This document shows, in pieces, positions 23,339 to 30,316 of a stretch of DNA of 50,420 nucleotides. Within the stretch, counting starts at the first letter, position 1. Each line of letters begins with the position of its first letter. The translations under genes and the position numbers were made by a program. Origin of the DNA: Patescibacteria group bacterium (GTDB lineage: Bacteria > Patescibacteriota > Minisyncoccia > Phycocordibacterales > UBA6065). The notes under the pieces were generated by a model. It did no database searches. It had not been told where the DNA came from and was given only the letters and a program-made list of their open reading frames with translations. The stretch is taken from the NCBI GenBank assembly GCA_028866595.1, contig JAGWHV010000001.1, positions 1 to 50,420 of the forward strand, given 5' to 3'.

Positions 23339-23411
23339 TGGACCGTACAGGATTCGAACCTGCGACCCCCTGCTTGCAAAGCAGGTGCTCTACCAACTGA
23401 GCTAACGGCCC
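23339..23411 (-). tRNA. tRNA-Ala (anticodon UGC), CCA not encoded
   Basis: Reverse complement: GGGCCGT TA GCTC AGTTGGTA GAGC A CCTGC TTTGCAA GCAGG GGGTC GCAGG TTCGAAT CCTGT ACGGTCC A. It is 73 nt, has the G3:U70 alanine identity pair, and the anticodon loop centre is TGC. Confidence 0.93.
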
Positions 23412-23426
23412 ATACCGGGTCTTATA

Positions 23427-23451
23427 TCTACCAAGACAGCTAACGGCCCAT
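23427..23451 (-). pseudogene. decayed copy of the 5' end (acceptor strand plus D-arm) of tRNA-Ala(UGC)
   Basis: The reverse complement GGGCCGTTAGCTGTCTTGGTAGA matches tRNA positions 1-23 at 20 of 23 positions. The two preceding bases also match. Similarity is lost after the D-arm. Confidence 0.65.
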
Positions 23452-23522
23452 TTCGGGGTTCATAGCACTTTAGCTTAGAACCGACCCTTTATCAATATCC
23501 TCGTTTAGTATAAAGTGATGCA

Positions 23523-24098
23523 ATGCCCCTCGCGCTTGTCAGTCAATTGTCGTATTTCGCTCTTTTCGTCGTGATGATCATCGAAGGGCCTGTCGTGACG
23601 TCCGCCGCGGCGTTCGCGGCGCGGTTCGGCGTGTTTTCGGTATGGGTGGTGTTCTTCCTGTCGATCGCCGGCGACATCGTCGGCGATTTCATCTATTACG
23701 GCGTCGGCTGGGCATCGCGTAAAACGCTCATCGACAACCACGGCCACAAATTCGGTCTCGATCAGGAAAAGATGGCCCGAATCGACGTGGCGTTCAAGAA
23801 GCACAAATACAAGACGCTTATCATATCGAAGCTCGTGCCGGCTCTGCCCGGGCCCGTGCTCATCGCCGCCGGCGCCCTCGATATGCCGTTTTGGACGCTC
23901 CTCTGGCTCTCGGCGGCGATGGCTGCGCCGAAATACGCGCTCTTCGCCCTCATCGGCTACGAATTCGGCGATCTCTATACGAAGTTCTTTCACTACTATG
24001 ACGTCGTTGGCTGGATAGTCGCCGCCGTTGTCATCGTTGGTTCGTATATCGCCTATAAAAAATCTCTCAAAGCGATCTTCAAAGACACAGAGCTATGA
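23523..24098 (+). CDS. DedA/VTT-family membrane protein
   Basis: The N-terminal FALFVVMIIEGPVVTSAAAFAARFG and multiple TM segments are typical of DedA (SNARE-associated) proteins. The stop overlaps the next start (ATGA). Confidence 0.75.
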   Translation: MPLALVSQLSYFALFVVMIIEGPVVTSAAAFAARFGVFSVWVVFFLSIAGDIVGDFIYYGVGWASRKTLIDNHGHKFGLDQEKMARIDVAFKKHKYKTLIISKLVPALPGPVLIAAGALDMPFWTLLWLSAAMAAPKYALFALIGYEFGDLYTKFFHYYDVVGWIVAAVVIVGSYIAYKKSLKAIFKDTEL

Positions 24099-25297
24099 AG
24101 ATACTTTTTTATTCTGACAATCTCTATCCGGAGATAAGCGGCATCTCTGATTCCATCATATCTCTCGCCGAAGAGCTCAAACGCCGCGGGCATGTCGTCG
24201 CATTCGCTGGGCCGCGATACGGCGCGGCCGACTACGCGATGATAGGCAAGACGCCGACGGATCCGTCGCCTCTCGATAGATATCAAGTCTGTCGCATCCC
24301 GGGCACACCTCTCGGCGCGGGTGCGGCTTCTGGCGTAGGACGCATGATCGTACCTTTCGGCTGGTCTCTCGGTTTCGTCCGACGGTTCAAGCCGGATGTC
24401 ATCCACACGCAATCGCCTTTCGGCGCGGGCATCGAGGCGTATCTCGCATCACGGATATTCGGCGTTTCTCTCGTCGGTACGAACCACACGGCTATCGACC
24501 AGTACATCAGGATATACGGTCCGTTCCGCGGAGACTGGGCTGTTTGGCTCGCGAACAAGATGTTCGCCCTTTACTACAATCGCTGCGTCTTCATGTCCGC
24601 GCCAGCCGCCGCTCTCGTCCGGGAGATGAGATCGTATGGGCTCAAGACGCCCGCTCAAATGATATCGAATCCGACGTCTCTTGGCCTTTTCTCGCCAGCG
24701 ACAGATGATGCCAAACAGGCGATCCGCCGCGAGCTCGGTCTCGACGGCAGAGTCGTGATGTTCAGCGGCCGGCTCGGCATTGAAAAGAAGACGACAGTGC
24801 TGTTGCGCGGCTTCGCCCGCCTGCGCGCGCGGGTGCCCGATGCTAGGCTCGTCATCGCCGGCGGCGGCCCCGTCGAGACGAGCCTTCGCGCCCTCGTCGC
24901 CGAAGAGAATCTCGGCGATTCTGTCGTATTTACCGGCTTCCTTGATCATCCGACACTCGCGAAATGGTACAAGGCCGCGGATGTTTTCGCTAACATGTGT
25001 CCCATCGAGACGCAGTGCCTGTCCCTCATGCAAGCGTTCGCGAGCGCTTTGCCGGCAGTCGGCGTCGATCAAGGAGCAGTTGGGGAACACATCAAGCCGG
25101 AATTCGGGTATACTGTTCCAGACGGCGGTGTCGAAGCCCTCGCCCGGGCGCTCGAACGGCTCCTCGCGGATCCGGCCGCCGCGCGGGCGATGGGCGAGCA
25201 GGCCTTCGCGTACGTCAGGCAGTTCTCCCAATCCGCCGTCGCCGATATCTGGGAAGAAGTCTATGGAAAAAGTCTCGATCGTCATACCTGCTCATAA
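24095..25297 (+). CDS. glycosyltransferase family 4 (GT-B, group 1)
   Basis: MKILFYSDNLYPEISGISDSIISLAEELKRRGHVV at the N-terminus. The C-terminal half has VMFSGRLGIEKK...VFANMCPIETQCLSLMQAFASALPAVG (an E-x7-E-like region). Confidence 0.85.
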   Translation: MKILFYSDNLYPEISGISDSIISLAEELKRRGHVVAFAGPRYGAADYAMIGKTPTDPSPLDRYQVCRIPGTPLGAGAASGVGRMIVPFGWSLGFVRRFKPDVIHTQSPFGAGIEAYLASRIFGVSLVGTNHTAIDQYIRIYGPFRGDWAVWLANKMFALYYNRCVFMSAPAAALVREMRSYGLKTPAQMISNPTSLGLFSPATDDAKQAIRRELGLDGRVVMFSGRLGIEKKTTVLLRGFARLRARVPDARLVIAGGGPVETSLRALVAEENLGDSVVFTGFLDHPTLAKWYKAADVFANMCPIETQCLSLMQAFASALPAVGVDQGAVGEHIKPEFGYTVPDGGVEALARALERLLADPAAARAMGEQAFAYVRQFSQSAVADIWEEVYGKSLDRHTCS

Positions 25298-25976
25298 CGA
25301 AGAGGAATTTTTACCAGCCACGATCACGGCGGCTTTGGCGCAGGATTATCCTGATTTCGAGATCATCGTCGTCGACAACGCTTCGATCGACCGGACATCG
25401 GAAGTCGCTCGCTCATTCGGCGGCGTGACTGTCGTCTATGAGCCGAACAAGGGCCTCCTCCATGCCCGCGAGCGCGGCAGAAGGGAAGCCTCGGGCGAAA
25501 TCATCGTCAACATGGATGCCGACTGTCTGCCCGAGCCAGATTGGCTCTCGCGCGGCGCCGCTCATCTCCATGATCCAGCCGTCGTCGCTGCCACGGGGCC
25601 GTATTACTATTATGACGGCGGCCGGATCTTTCGGGCTTTTTCTTTCTACTCGCAGAAATACGTCTATCGGGTGATGAATCGGATTATCCAGGCATTTAAT
25701 CTTGGCGCTGTTCTCATCGGTGGCAACAGTTTTATCCGAGCCGAGGCTTTGGAAAAGGCCGGTGGCTACAATACCGCTCTCCTTTTTTATGGAGAAGACA
25801 CGGACACCGCCCGCCGCGTCTCTCGGCACGGCCGCGTCATATTCGATCCGAACCTTTTCCAGAGCACCTCGGCACGGCGCATCAAAGCCGAAGGCGCTTT
25901 CACCATACCGATCCGTTACGTCTTCCATTTTTTTAAGGTACTCTATACGGGCAATCGACAAAAGAAAGCGCAATGA
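25263..25976 (+). CDS. glycosyltransferase family 2
   Basis: VSIVIPAHNEEEFLPATITAALAQDYPDFEIIVVDNASIDRT and a DAD motif (VNMDADC). The start is the internal ATG at 25263. The longer ORF from 24780 is an Arg/Ser/Pro-rich out-of-frame overlap of the GT4 gene. Confidence 0.85.
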   Translation: MEKVSIVIPAHNEEEFLPATITAALAQDYPDFEIIVVDNASIDRTSEVARSFGGVTVVYEPNKGLLHARERGRREASGEIIVNMDADCLPEPDWLSRGAAHLHDPAVVAATGPYYYYDGGRIFRAFSFYSQKYVYRVMNRIIQAFNLGAVLIGGNSFIRAEALEKAGGYNTALLFYGEDTDTARRVSRHGRVIFDPNLFQSTSARRIKAEGAFTIPIRYVFHFFKVLYTGNRQKKAQ

Positions 25977-26611
25977 AGGATATCCCCGCACTGTTCAAAG
26001 ATCGCACATTCCTGAAGCTCTTCCTCGGAGCGGTCGTTTTGCTCGCCGCCGCTCTGATCATCAATTTTTATGCCGGCACATACGCGACCAAAAGCGAGAG
26101 CAATTATGTCACCGACATCATTCTTTCCAACATTCCGGTATTCGACGTGGATGCTGTCTTCATCTATGGCGGCTACGCGCTCGTGGCGATCGTCCTCCTC
26201 GTCTGTTTCGCCATGCCCCGGCGCATGCCTTTCACGATAAAAGCCATCGCGCTTTTCTATGTCATCCGCTCGATATTCGTAACGCTCACTCACATCGCGC
26301 CGTTTCCGACGCATATCGTCGTCGACGCGAGCAGTCTCATACATCTTTTCGATTTCGACGGAGAATTGTTCTTTTCGGGGCACACCGGATTGCCTTTCCT
26401 CATGGCGCTCCTGTATTGGGACAACAAGTACCTCCGCGTCGGATTCATCGCCCTGTCTGTCTTCCTCGGCGCAGTCGTGCTCATGGGCCATGTTCACTAT
26501 TCCATCGACGTCTTCTCGGCTTTTTTCATAACGTATGCTATATATGGTATCGCCGAGCAGGTATTCAAGAAGGATAAAGAGTTCGGCAACGCGGCGACAT
26601 TGTTGCCGTGA
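25973..26611 (+). CDS. PAP2-superfamily-like integral membrane protein (phosphatase / phosphotransferase-like)
   Basis: Six hydrophobic segments. FFSGHTGLPF and GHVHYSIDVFSAFF resemble the PAP2 C2/C3 motifs (SGH ... H-x3-D). It has an ATGA overlap with the GT2 gene. Confidence 0.6.
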   Translation: MKDIPALFKDRTFLKLFLGAVVLLAAALIINFYAGTYATKSESNYVTDIILSNIPVFDVDAVFIYGGYALVAIVLLVCFAMPRRMPFTIKAIALFYVIRSIFVTLTHIAPFPTHIVVDASSLIHLFDFDGELFFSGHTGLPFLMALLYWDNKYLRVGFIALSVFLGAVVLMGHVHYSIDVFSAFFITYAIYGIAEQVFKKDKEFGNAATLLP

Positions 26612-26631
26612 CGCGCTTCTGGCGCTATGAA

Positions 26632-26702
26632 GGGCCTATAGTATATCGGTAATACGCATCCATGGCATGGATGAGTGTCGGGTTCGACTCCCGATAGGTC
26701 CA
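26632..26702 (+). tRNA. tRNA-Ala (anticodon GGC), CCA not encoded
   Basis: GGGCCTA TA GTAT ATCGGTA ATAC G CATCC ATGGCAT GGATG AGTG TCGGG TTCGACT CCCGA TAGGTCC A. It is 71 nt with a G3:U70 pair. Confidence 0.9.
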
Positions 26703-26714
26703 CAAGGAGGACTT

Positions 26715-26788
26715 GCACCCTTAGCTCAGTCGGCTAGAGCGTTCCCTTCACACGGGAGAGGCCACACGTTCGAATCGTGTAGGGTGCA
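26715..26788 (+). tRNA. tRNA-Val (anticodon CAC), CCA not encoded
   Basis: GCACCCT TA GCTC AGTCGGCTA GAGC G TTCCC TTCACAC GGGAG AGGCC ACACG TTCGAAT CGTGT AGGGTGC A. It is 74 nt. Confidence 0.9.
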
Positions 26789-26796
26789 CACGGGAA

Positions 26797-26830
26797 GAGG
26801 CCGCGCGGCGCTCTGCGCCGCCGCGGCCTC
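26797..26830. repeat. GC-rich palindromic hairpin, copy 1 (core CGCGGCGCTCTGCGCCGC)
   Basis: GAGGCCGCGCGGCGC-tct-GCGCCGCCGCGGCCTC forms a 15-bp stem with one bulge. The 18-nt core is identical to the one at 27781-27798. Confidence 0.8.
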
Positions 26831-26841
26831 GGTCCCGAGAC

Positions 26842-26912
26842 GGGCCTATAGTCTAGTGGTACGACGCGTCATTCGCATTGACGAGGCGGGGGTTCGATTC
26901 CCCCTAGGTCCA
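26842..26912 (+). tRNA. tRNA-Ala (anticodon CGC), CCA not encoded
   Basis: GGGCCTA TA GTCT AGTGGTA CGAC G CGTCA TTCGCAT TGACG AGGC GGGGG TTCGATT CCCCC TAGGTCC A. It is 71 nt with a G3:U70 pair and one D-stem mismatch. Confidence 0.88.
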
Positions 26913-26981
26913 CATCAAGGATTGTGCACATATAGCGGTTTACAGGTATAGATCGGCGTTCTATACTCGTCTTGGCCCCTG

Positions 26982-27281
26982 ATGAAGAGATTACTACTTC
27001 TCGCCGCGATCTTCACGGCACCCCTTGCACTTTTTGTCCGAGGACGCGTTCCCGAAAAGGTTCGCACGTCCCGGCTCATACCGGACGGCGCCAAGTCGTT
27101 TATCGCTCCGGCGCCGTGTCCCATCGCGGGCATGCTCTCCCTGGGAGACGAGCGTTCGTCGGAAACGTCCGACGGATCAGCGTCTTCTTGGACGGGCCGT
27201 CCGCCCCGCCAGCCTGCAAGCCGGCCTCTCTGGTCGCGCGAGCATTTTCCACAGGACTGCGCAGATCCGCCGGTCATATAA
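26982..27281 (+). CDS. hypothetical small secreted protein (99 aa)
   Basis: Signal-peptide-like N-terminus MKRLLLLAAIFTAPLALF. A TATACT box at 26962-26967 lies 14 nt upstream. The stop is followed directly by an intrinsic terminator. The mature part is low-complexity, so coding status is uncertain. Confidence 0.45.
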   Translation: MKRLLLLAAIFTAPLALFVRGRVPEKVRTSRLIPDGAKSFIAPAPCPIAGMLSLGDERSSETSDGSASSWTGRPPRQPASRPLWSREHFPQDCADPPVI

Positions 27282-27283
27282 GC

Positions 27284-27306
27284 CCCGCGCCTTGCGCGGG
27301 TTTTTT
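27284..27306 (+). terminator. intrinsic terminator
   Basis: Stem CCCGCGC (27284-27290) / GCGCGGG (27294-27300), followed by TTTTTT. Confidence 0.7.
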
Positions 27307-27343
27307 GTTCGACTATACTGGGACAAAATCCCGTCCTTGCCCC

Positions 27344-27766
27344 ATGAAAATCAAGACATGCGTCCTCGCCGCGATGGCCATCATCGCATCCGCCGCGCCG
27401 CTCTTCGGCCAGCCGTCGAAATCGTTTCCGCAATATGGCTCGCGCCAAATCGCGGATAATGAGAAGTCTATCCTCTCGCCGCAGACTGAACGCGAGCTCG
27501 ACCAGAGGCTTGCCCTTCCGCCGCCCGAGACGGAGACGCAAGCGATCTTCGATTTCGTCCGCGTGCGCGATGCGCTCAAGTTGAAGGTCGTCGGCCCATC
27601 CGGCGTGAGTTTCGTGTCGAGCGGCGACGAGTCTGTTGGGTTCAAGCACTCGTCGCTCGTCTATCGATATCAGCCGCACGAATTTCCCGATTCGTTCAGC
27701 GGCCTGATGATCCACGCTTTCATCCTCCCTTTGCGGAGAGTTTTCGAAGGCCGATCGCGATACTGA
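27344..27766 (+). CDS. hypothetical secreted protein (140 aa)
   Basis: Signal peptide MKIKTCVLAAMAIIASAAPLFGQ. The start is an internal ATG of the 264-aa ORF, whose N-terminal part is Arg-rich and spans the terminator. A terminator hairpin follows the stop. Confidence 0.6.
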   Translation: MKIKTCVLAAMAIIASAAPLFGQPSKSFPQYGSRQIADNEKSILSPQTERELDQRLALPPPETETQAIFDFVRVRDALKLKVVGPSGVSFVSSGDESVGFKHSSLVYRYQPHEFPDSFSGLMIHAFILPLRRVFEGRSRY

Positions 27767-27776
27767 TTTGAAGACC

Positions 27777-27808
27777 GCCCCGCGGCGCTCTGCGCCGCGG
27801 GGCTTTTT
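27777..27808 (+). terminator. intrinsic terminator; also copy 2 of the palindromic hairpin core CGCGGCGCTCTGCGCCGC
   Basis: GCCCCGCGGCGC-tct-GCGCCGCGGGGC (27777-27803) forms a 12-bp stem, followed by TTTTT. Confidence 0.75.
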
Positions 27809-27827
27809 CTTGTATACTTCTCATGTT

Positions 27828-29126
27828 TTGGCCCAAAAGAAAGGACAGGATAAAAAGACGGTCATTCTTGCGCTCTTCGGCGCGACGGGCGACCTCGCCT
27901 TGAAAAAGATATTCCCCGCGTTCGAGGCGCTCTACGGCGAAGGCGCCTTCGCCGCCGATTCGAGCGTCATAGGCGTGTCTCGCCGCGATTGGGACGACGA
28001 AGCTTTTCTCTCTTTTCTCAAAGAAAACAAAAACATCGATTCCGCGAGCTTCGCTGATCGGATCTCATACGCGAAAGTCGACATCGACGCCGACGTCGGA
28101 TACGAAGATTTCGCCGCGCGCATCGCTGCTCTCCAGAAGCGATCTCCGGGGGCGGAGACGCTCATATATCTGTCTCTCGCGCCTCAACATCACCCGAAAG
28201 CGATCTCGTCTCTTGCCCGGACGGGTGTCCTCAAACGCGGCAAAGCCGAGGCGAAGCTCCTCATCGAGAAGCCTTTCGGTACCGATCTCGGTACTGCCCG
28301 CGCTCTCGACCGTCAGATCGCCGGGACGATGGACGAAGATCGCGTCTATCGCGTTGACCATTATCTCGGCAAAGACACCATTCGTGCCATCATGGACCTC
28401 CATGAGAGCACTTCGGATTTTTCGCGTCTCCTCACCGCCGACGCCGTCGCTTCGATTCGCGTGCGGATGTTCGAGGAAAAGGGAATAGAAGGCCGCGGCG
28501 CAACGTACGACGGCGTCGGCGCTTTCCGTGACGTCGGAGAGAACCACATGCTCGAGATGCTCGCGGCGGCCGTCGCCGATCCTGGAGAGTCGTGGCAGGC
28601 GTCGCGGGCGCGGGCGATCGAGAGCCTCCAGCCGCCGGCCGAGACATGTGCTCTCCATCGCCGCGGCCAATACGCTGGCTATGGATCAGAAAAAGGCGTC
28701 CGGGCCGGCTCCGACATCGAGACCGCCTTTGAAGTCGTCACGACATTCCATTCAGGCAAGCTCAAAGGCGTCGAGATCATCCTCCAAGCCGGAAAGAAGA
28801 TGCCGGTATCCGAGACTTCGATCGAGGTCGTCTTCAAGGAGGTGTCTGGCTTGCCGAAAAAAATGACATTCAAGGTTCAGCCGGCGCAGGAGATCTCGAT
28901 AGAGAATTGCGATGCGAGCATCGACTCGTTCGAGATCCCGCGCACCAGAGATGCATACGGGAACGTAATCCTCGATGCAGTCGCGGGCGCGCGTCGGACA
29001 TTCGTCGGTTCGACAGAGATAGAGGCTCTTTGGAGCTATGCCGATCGCGTCGTCGCGTGCTGGCGCACCGTGCCGCTCGAGACATATAGCTCTGATGGCC
29101 TTGGCAAACCTTTTTTGGTAGAGTGA
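27828..29126 (+). CDS. zwf: glucose-6-phosphate 1-dehydrogenase (start codon uncertain; TTG at 27828 proposed)
   Basis: NADP-binding ALFGATGDLALKKIFPA and the active-site signature RVDHYLGKDTI. The ORF-track start at 27768 lies inside the upstream terminator hairpin. TTG at 27828 is the best in-frame near-cognate start close to the conserved N-terminus. Confidence 0.85.
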   Translation: MAQKKGQDKKTVILALFGATGDLALKKIFPAFEALYGEGAFAADSSVIGVSRRDWDDEAFLSFLKENKNIDSASFADRISYAKVDIDADVGYEDFAARIAALQKRSPGAETLIYLSLAPQHHPKAISSLARTGVLKRGKAEAKLLIEKPFGTDLGTARALDRQIAGTMDEDRVYRVDHYLGKDTIRAIMDLHESTSDFSRLLTADAVASIRVRMFEEKGIEGRGATYDGVGAFRDVGENHMLEMLAAAVADPGESWQASRARAIESLQPPAETCALHRRGQYAGYGSEKGVRAGSDIETAFEVVTTFHSGKLKGVEIILQAGKKMPVSETSIEVVFKEVSGLPKKMTFKVQPAQEISIENCDASIDSFEIPRTRDAYGNVILDAVAGARRTFVGSTEIEALWSYADRVVACWRTVPLETYSSDGLGKPFLVE

Positions 29127-29132
29127 AAATCT

Positions 29133-29363
29133 ATGTTCAAACGATTCTTGATCAAGCAGGCGATGAAGTCGCAATTAAAGGATGTTCCCGCAGCAGAGCA
29201 GGAAGCACTGCTCGATCTCGTCGAGCGCAACCCGGTATTTTTCGAGACTTTAGCCAAGGAATTACAGGAAAGCTTGGCTTCAGGCAAAGACCAGCAGGCC
29301 ATCATGACGGAGCTCATGTCGAAGCATCGCGATGAATTGGTAAAGATAATGCAGAAACAATAA
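29133..29363 (+). CDS. hypothetical small helical protein (76 aa)
   Basis: Host-like codon usage. It is tightly packed between zwf and the next gene, and its stop overlaps the next ATG. I recognise no family. Confidence 0.55.
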   Translation: MFKRFLIKQAMKSQLKDVPAAEQEALLDLVERNPVFFETLAKELQESLASGKDQQAIMTELMSKHRDELVKIMQKQ

Positions 29364-29953
29364 TGGCCCGATCGAGGAAAATATTCATATTCGTCGGCAA
29401 TCCCGATCATGACTCGCTCTCGGCGGCGCTCGCCGAGGCGTATGCCAGAGGCGCCAAGGAGGCCGGCCACGAGGTGCGCTTTACCCATATCGCCGATATG
29501 AAGTTCGACCCGATACTCCACAAAGGCTATAAAATCATCCAGCCGTACGAACCCGATATAAAGAAATTCCAAGAGGACGTGAAGTGGTGCGAGCATTTTG
29601 TCTCTGTTTTTCCGATCTGGTGGTCGGACATGCCAGCTCTCATGAAAGGCCTCGTCGACCGCGCCTGGATGCCAGGCTTCGCCTTCAATATGAGGAAAGG
29701 CCTGATCCCCGGCTGGTATCGCCGCCTCAAAGGCAGGAGCGCGCGCGTCATCGTCACCTCTGACTCTCACCCGATCCTTCTTTGGATCCTATTCGGCGGC
29801 AACATAAACAATTGGGTTCGCGGCGTCTTACGTTTCTCTGGATTCGCCCCCGTGCGCAAGACATGGTTCTCGGGCATGCGCGGCGGCCTTTCCGCCGAGC
29901 GCGCCCAGGCGCTCCTCGGCAAAGTCGAGCGCTTCGGCCGTGCCGCGAGATAA
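29363..29953 (+). CDS. flavodoxin-like-fold NAD(P)H dehydrogenase (quinone) family protein
   Basis: KIFIFVGNPDHDSLSAALAEAYARGAKEAGHEV and FVSVFPIWWSDMPALMKGLVDRAW are typical of the Flavodoxin_2 / NQO-type family. Confidence 0.75.
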   Translation: MARSRKIFIFVGNPDHDSLSAALAEAYARGAKEAGHEVRFTHIADMKFDPILHKGYKIIQPYEPDIKKFQEDVKWCEHFVSVFPIWWSDMPALMKGLVDRAWMPGFAFNMRKGLIPGWYRRLKGRSARVIVTSDSHPILLWILFGGNINNWVRGVLRFSGFAPVRKTWFSGMRGGLSAERAQALLGKVERFGRAAR

Positions 29954-29973
29954 CAGCGAATAAAAACCGCTCC

Positions 29974-30258
29974 CTATGGGGAGTCGGCGGCGAGGATGCC
30001 GAGAGCCTTCTTGAGGGTCTCGTTATTATCGACGATTCTCTTGAAGAGAGGCCCGATCGAATCAGCCATCAGATGGCCGAGGACGCGGGTATCTACCTCC
30101 TCATACGTCTCGTTGTCGCGCGAAGCGACGAGCTCGACGCGAGGATTCTTTGCGAGCATGCCGCGGATGAATCCTTCGTCGGCTTCGTACACTTTCAAGC
30201 GGCAGCGGGTGAATGCGAAGACAAAATAGATCTCACGGCTGGGATGTTCGGTGTTCAT
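29974..30258 (-). CDS. hypothetical protein (94 aa)
   Basis: Host-like C-ending codon usage. It is divergent from ychF. I recognise no family. Confidence 0.55.
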   Translation of the reverse strand: MNTEHPSREIYFVFAFTRCRLKVYEADEGFIRGMLAKNPRVELVASRDNETYEEVDTRVLGHLMADSIGPLFKRIVDNNETLKKALGILAADSP

Positions 30259-30288
30259 GGGCTCCTGGTGGATATATAACCACCTTTC

Positions 30289-30297
30289 TGCTATATT
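30289..30297 (+). promoter_or_regulatory. extended -10 box TGcTATATT upstream of ychF
   Basis: TG at 30289-30290 and TATATT at 30292-30297. The ATG at 30317 follows 19 nt later. Confidence 0.4.
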
Positions 30298-30316
30298 TCA
30301 AATCCTAACAACCGCT

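Noticed and set aside
24780-25262. N-terminal 161 codons of the 398-aa ORF that ends as the GT2 glycosyltransferase.
   Set aside because: This part overlaps the GT4 gene in another frame and is Arg/Ser/Pro-rich nonsense. The conserved GT2 N-terminus (VSIVIPAHNEE) starts right after the ATG at 25263.
26979-26985. CUGAUGA heptamer (hammerhead-ribozyme core-like) upstream of the tRNA-proximal small ORF.
   Set aside because: No matching GAAA core or stem II/III pairings follow. The heptamer simply contains the ATG start of the 99-aa ORF.
26915-27766. Overlapping long ORFs across the tRNA-zwf interval: 26972-27766 + (264 aa), 27025-27459 +, and 26915-27715 -.
   Set aside because: They run through the intrinsic terminator at 27284-27306, and their products are Arg-rich and low in complexity. 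Two shorter ORFs with signal peptides, -10 boxes and terminators explain the region better.
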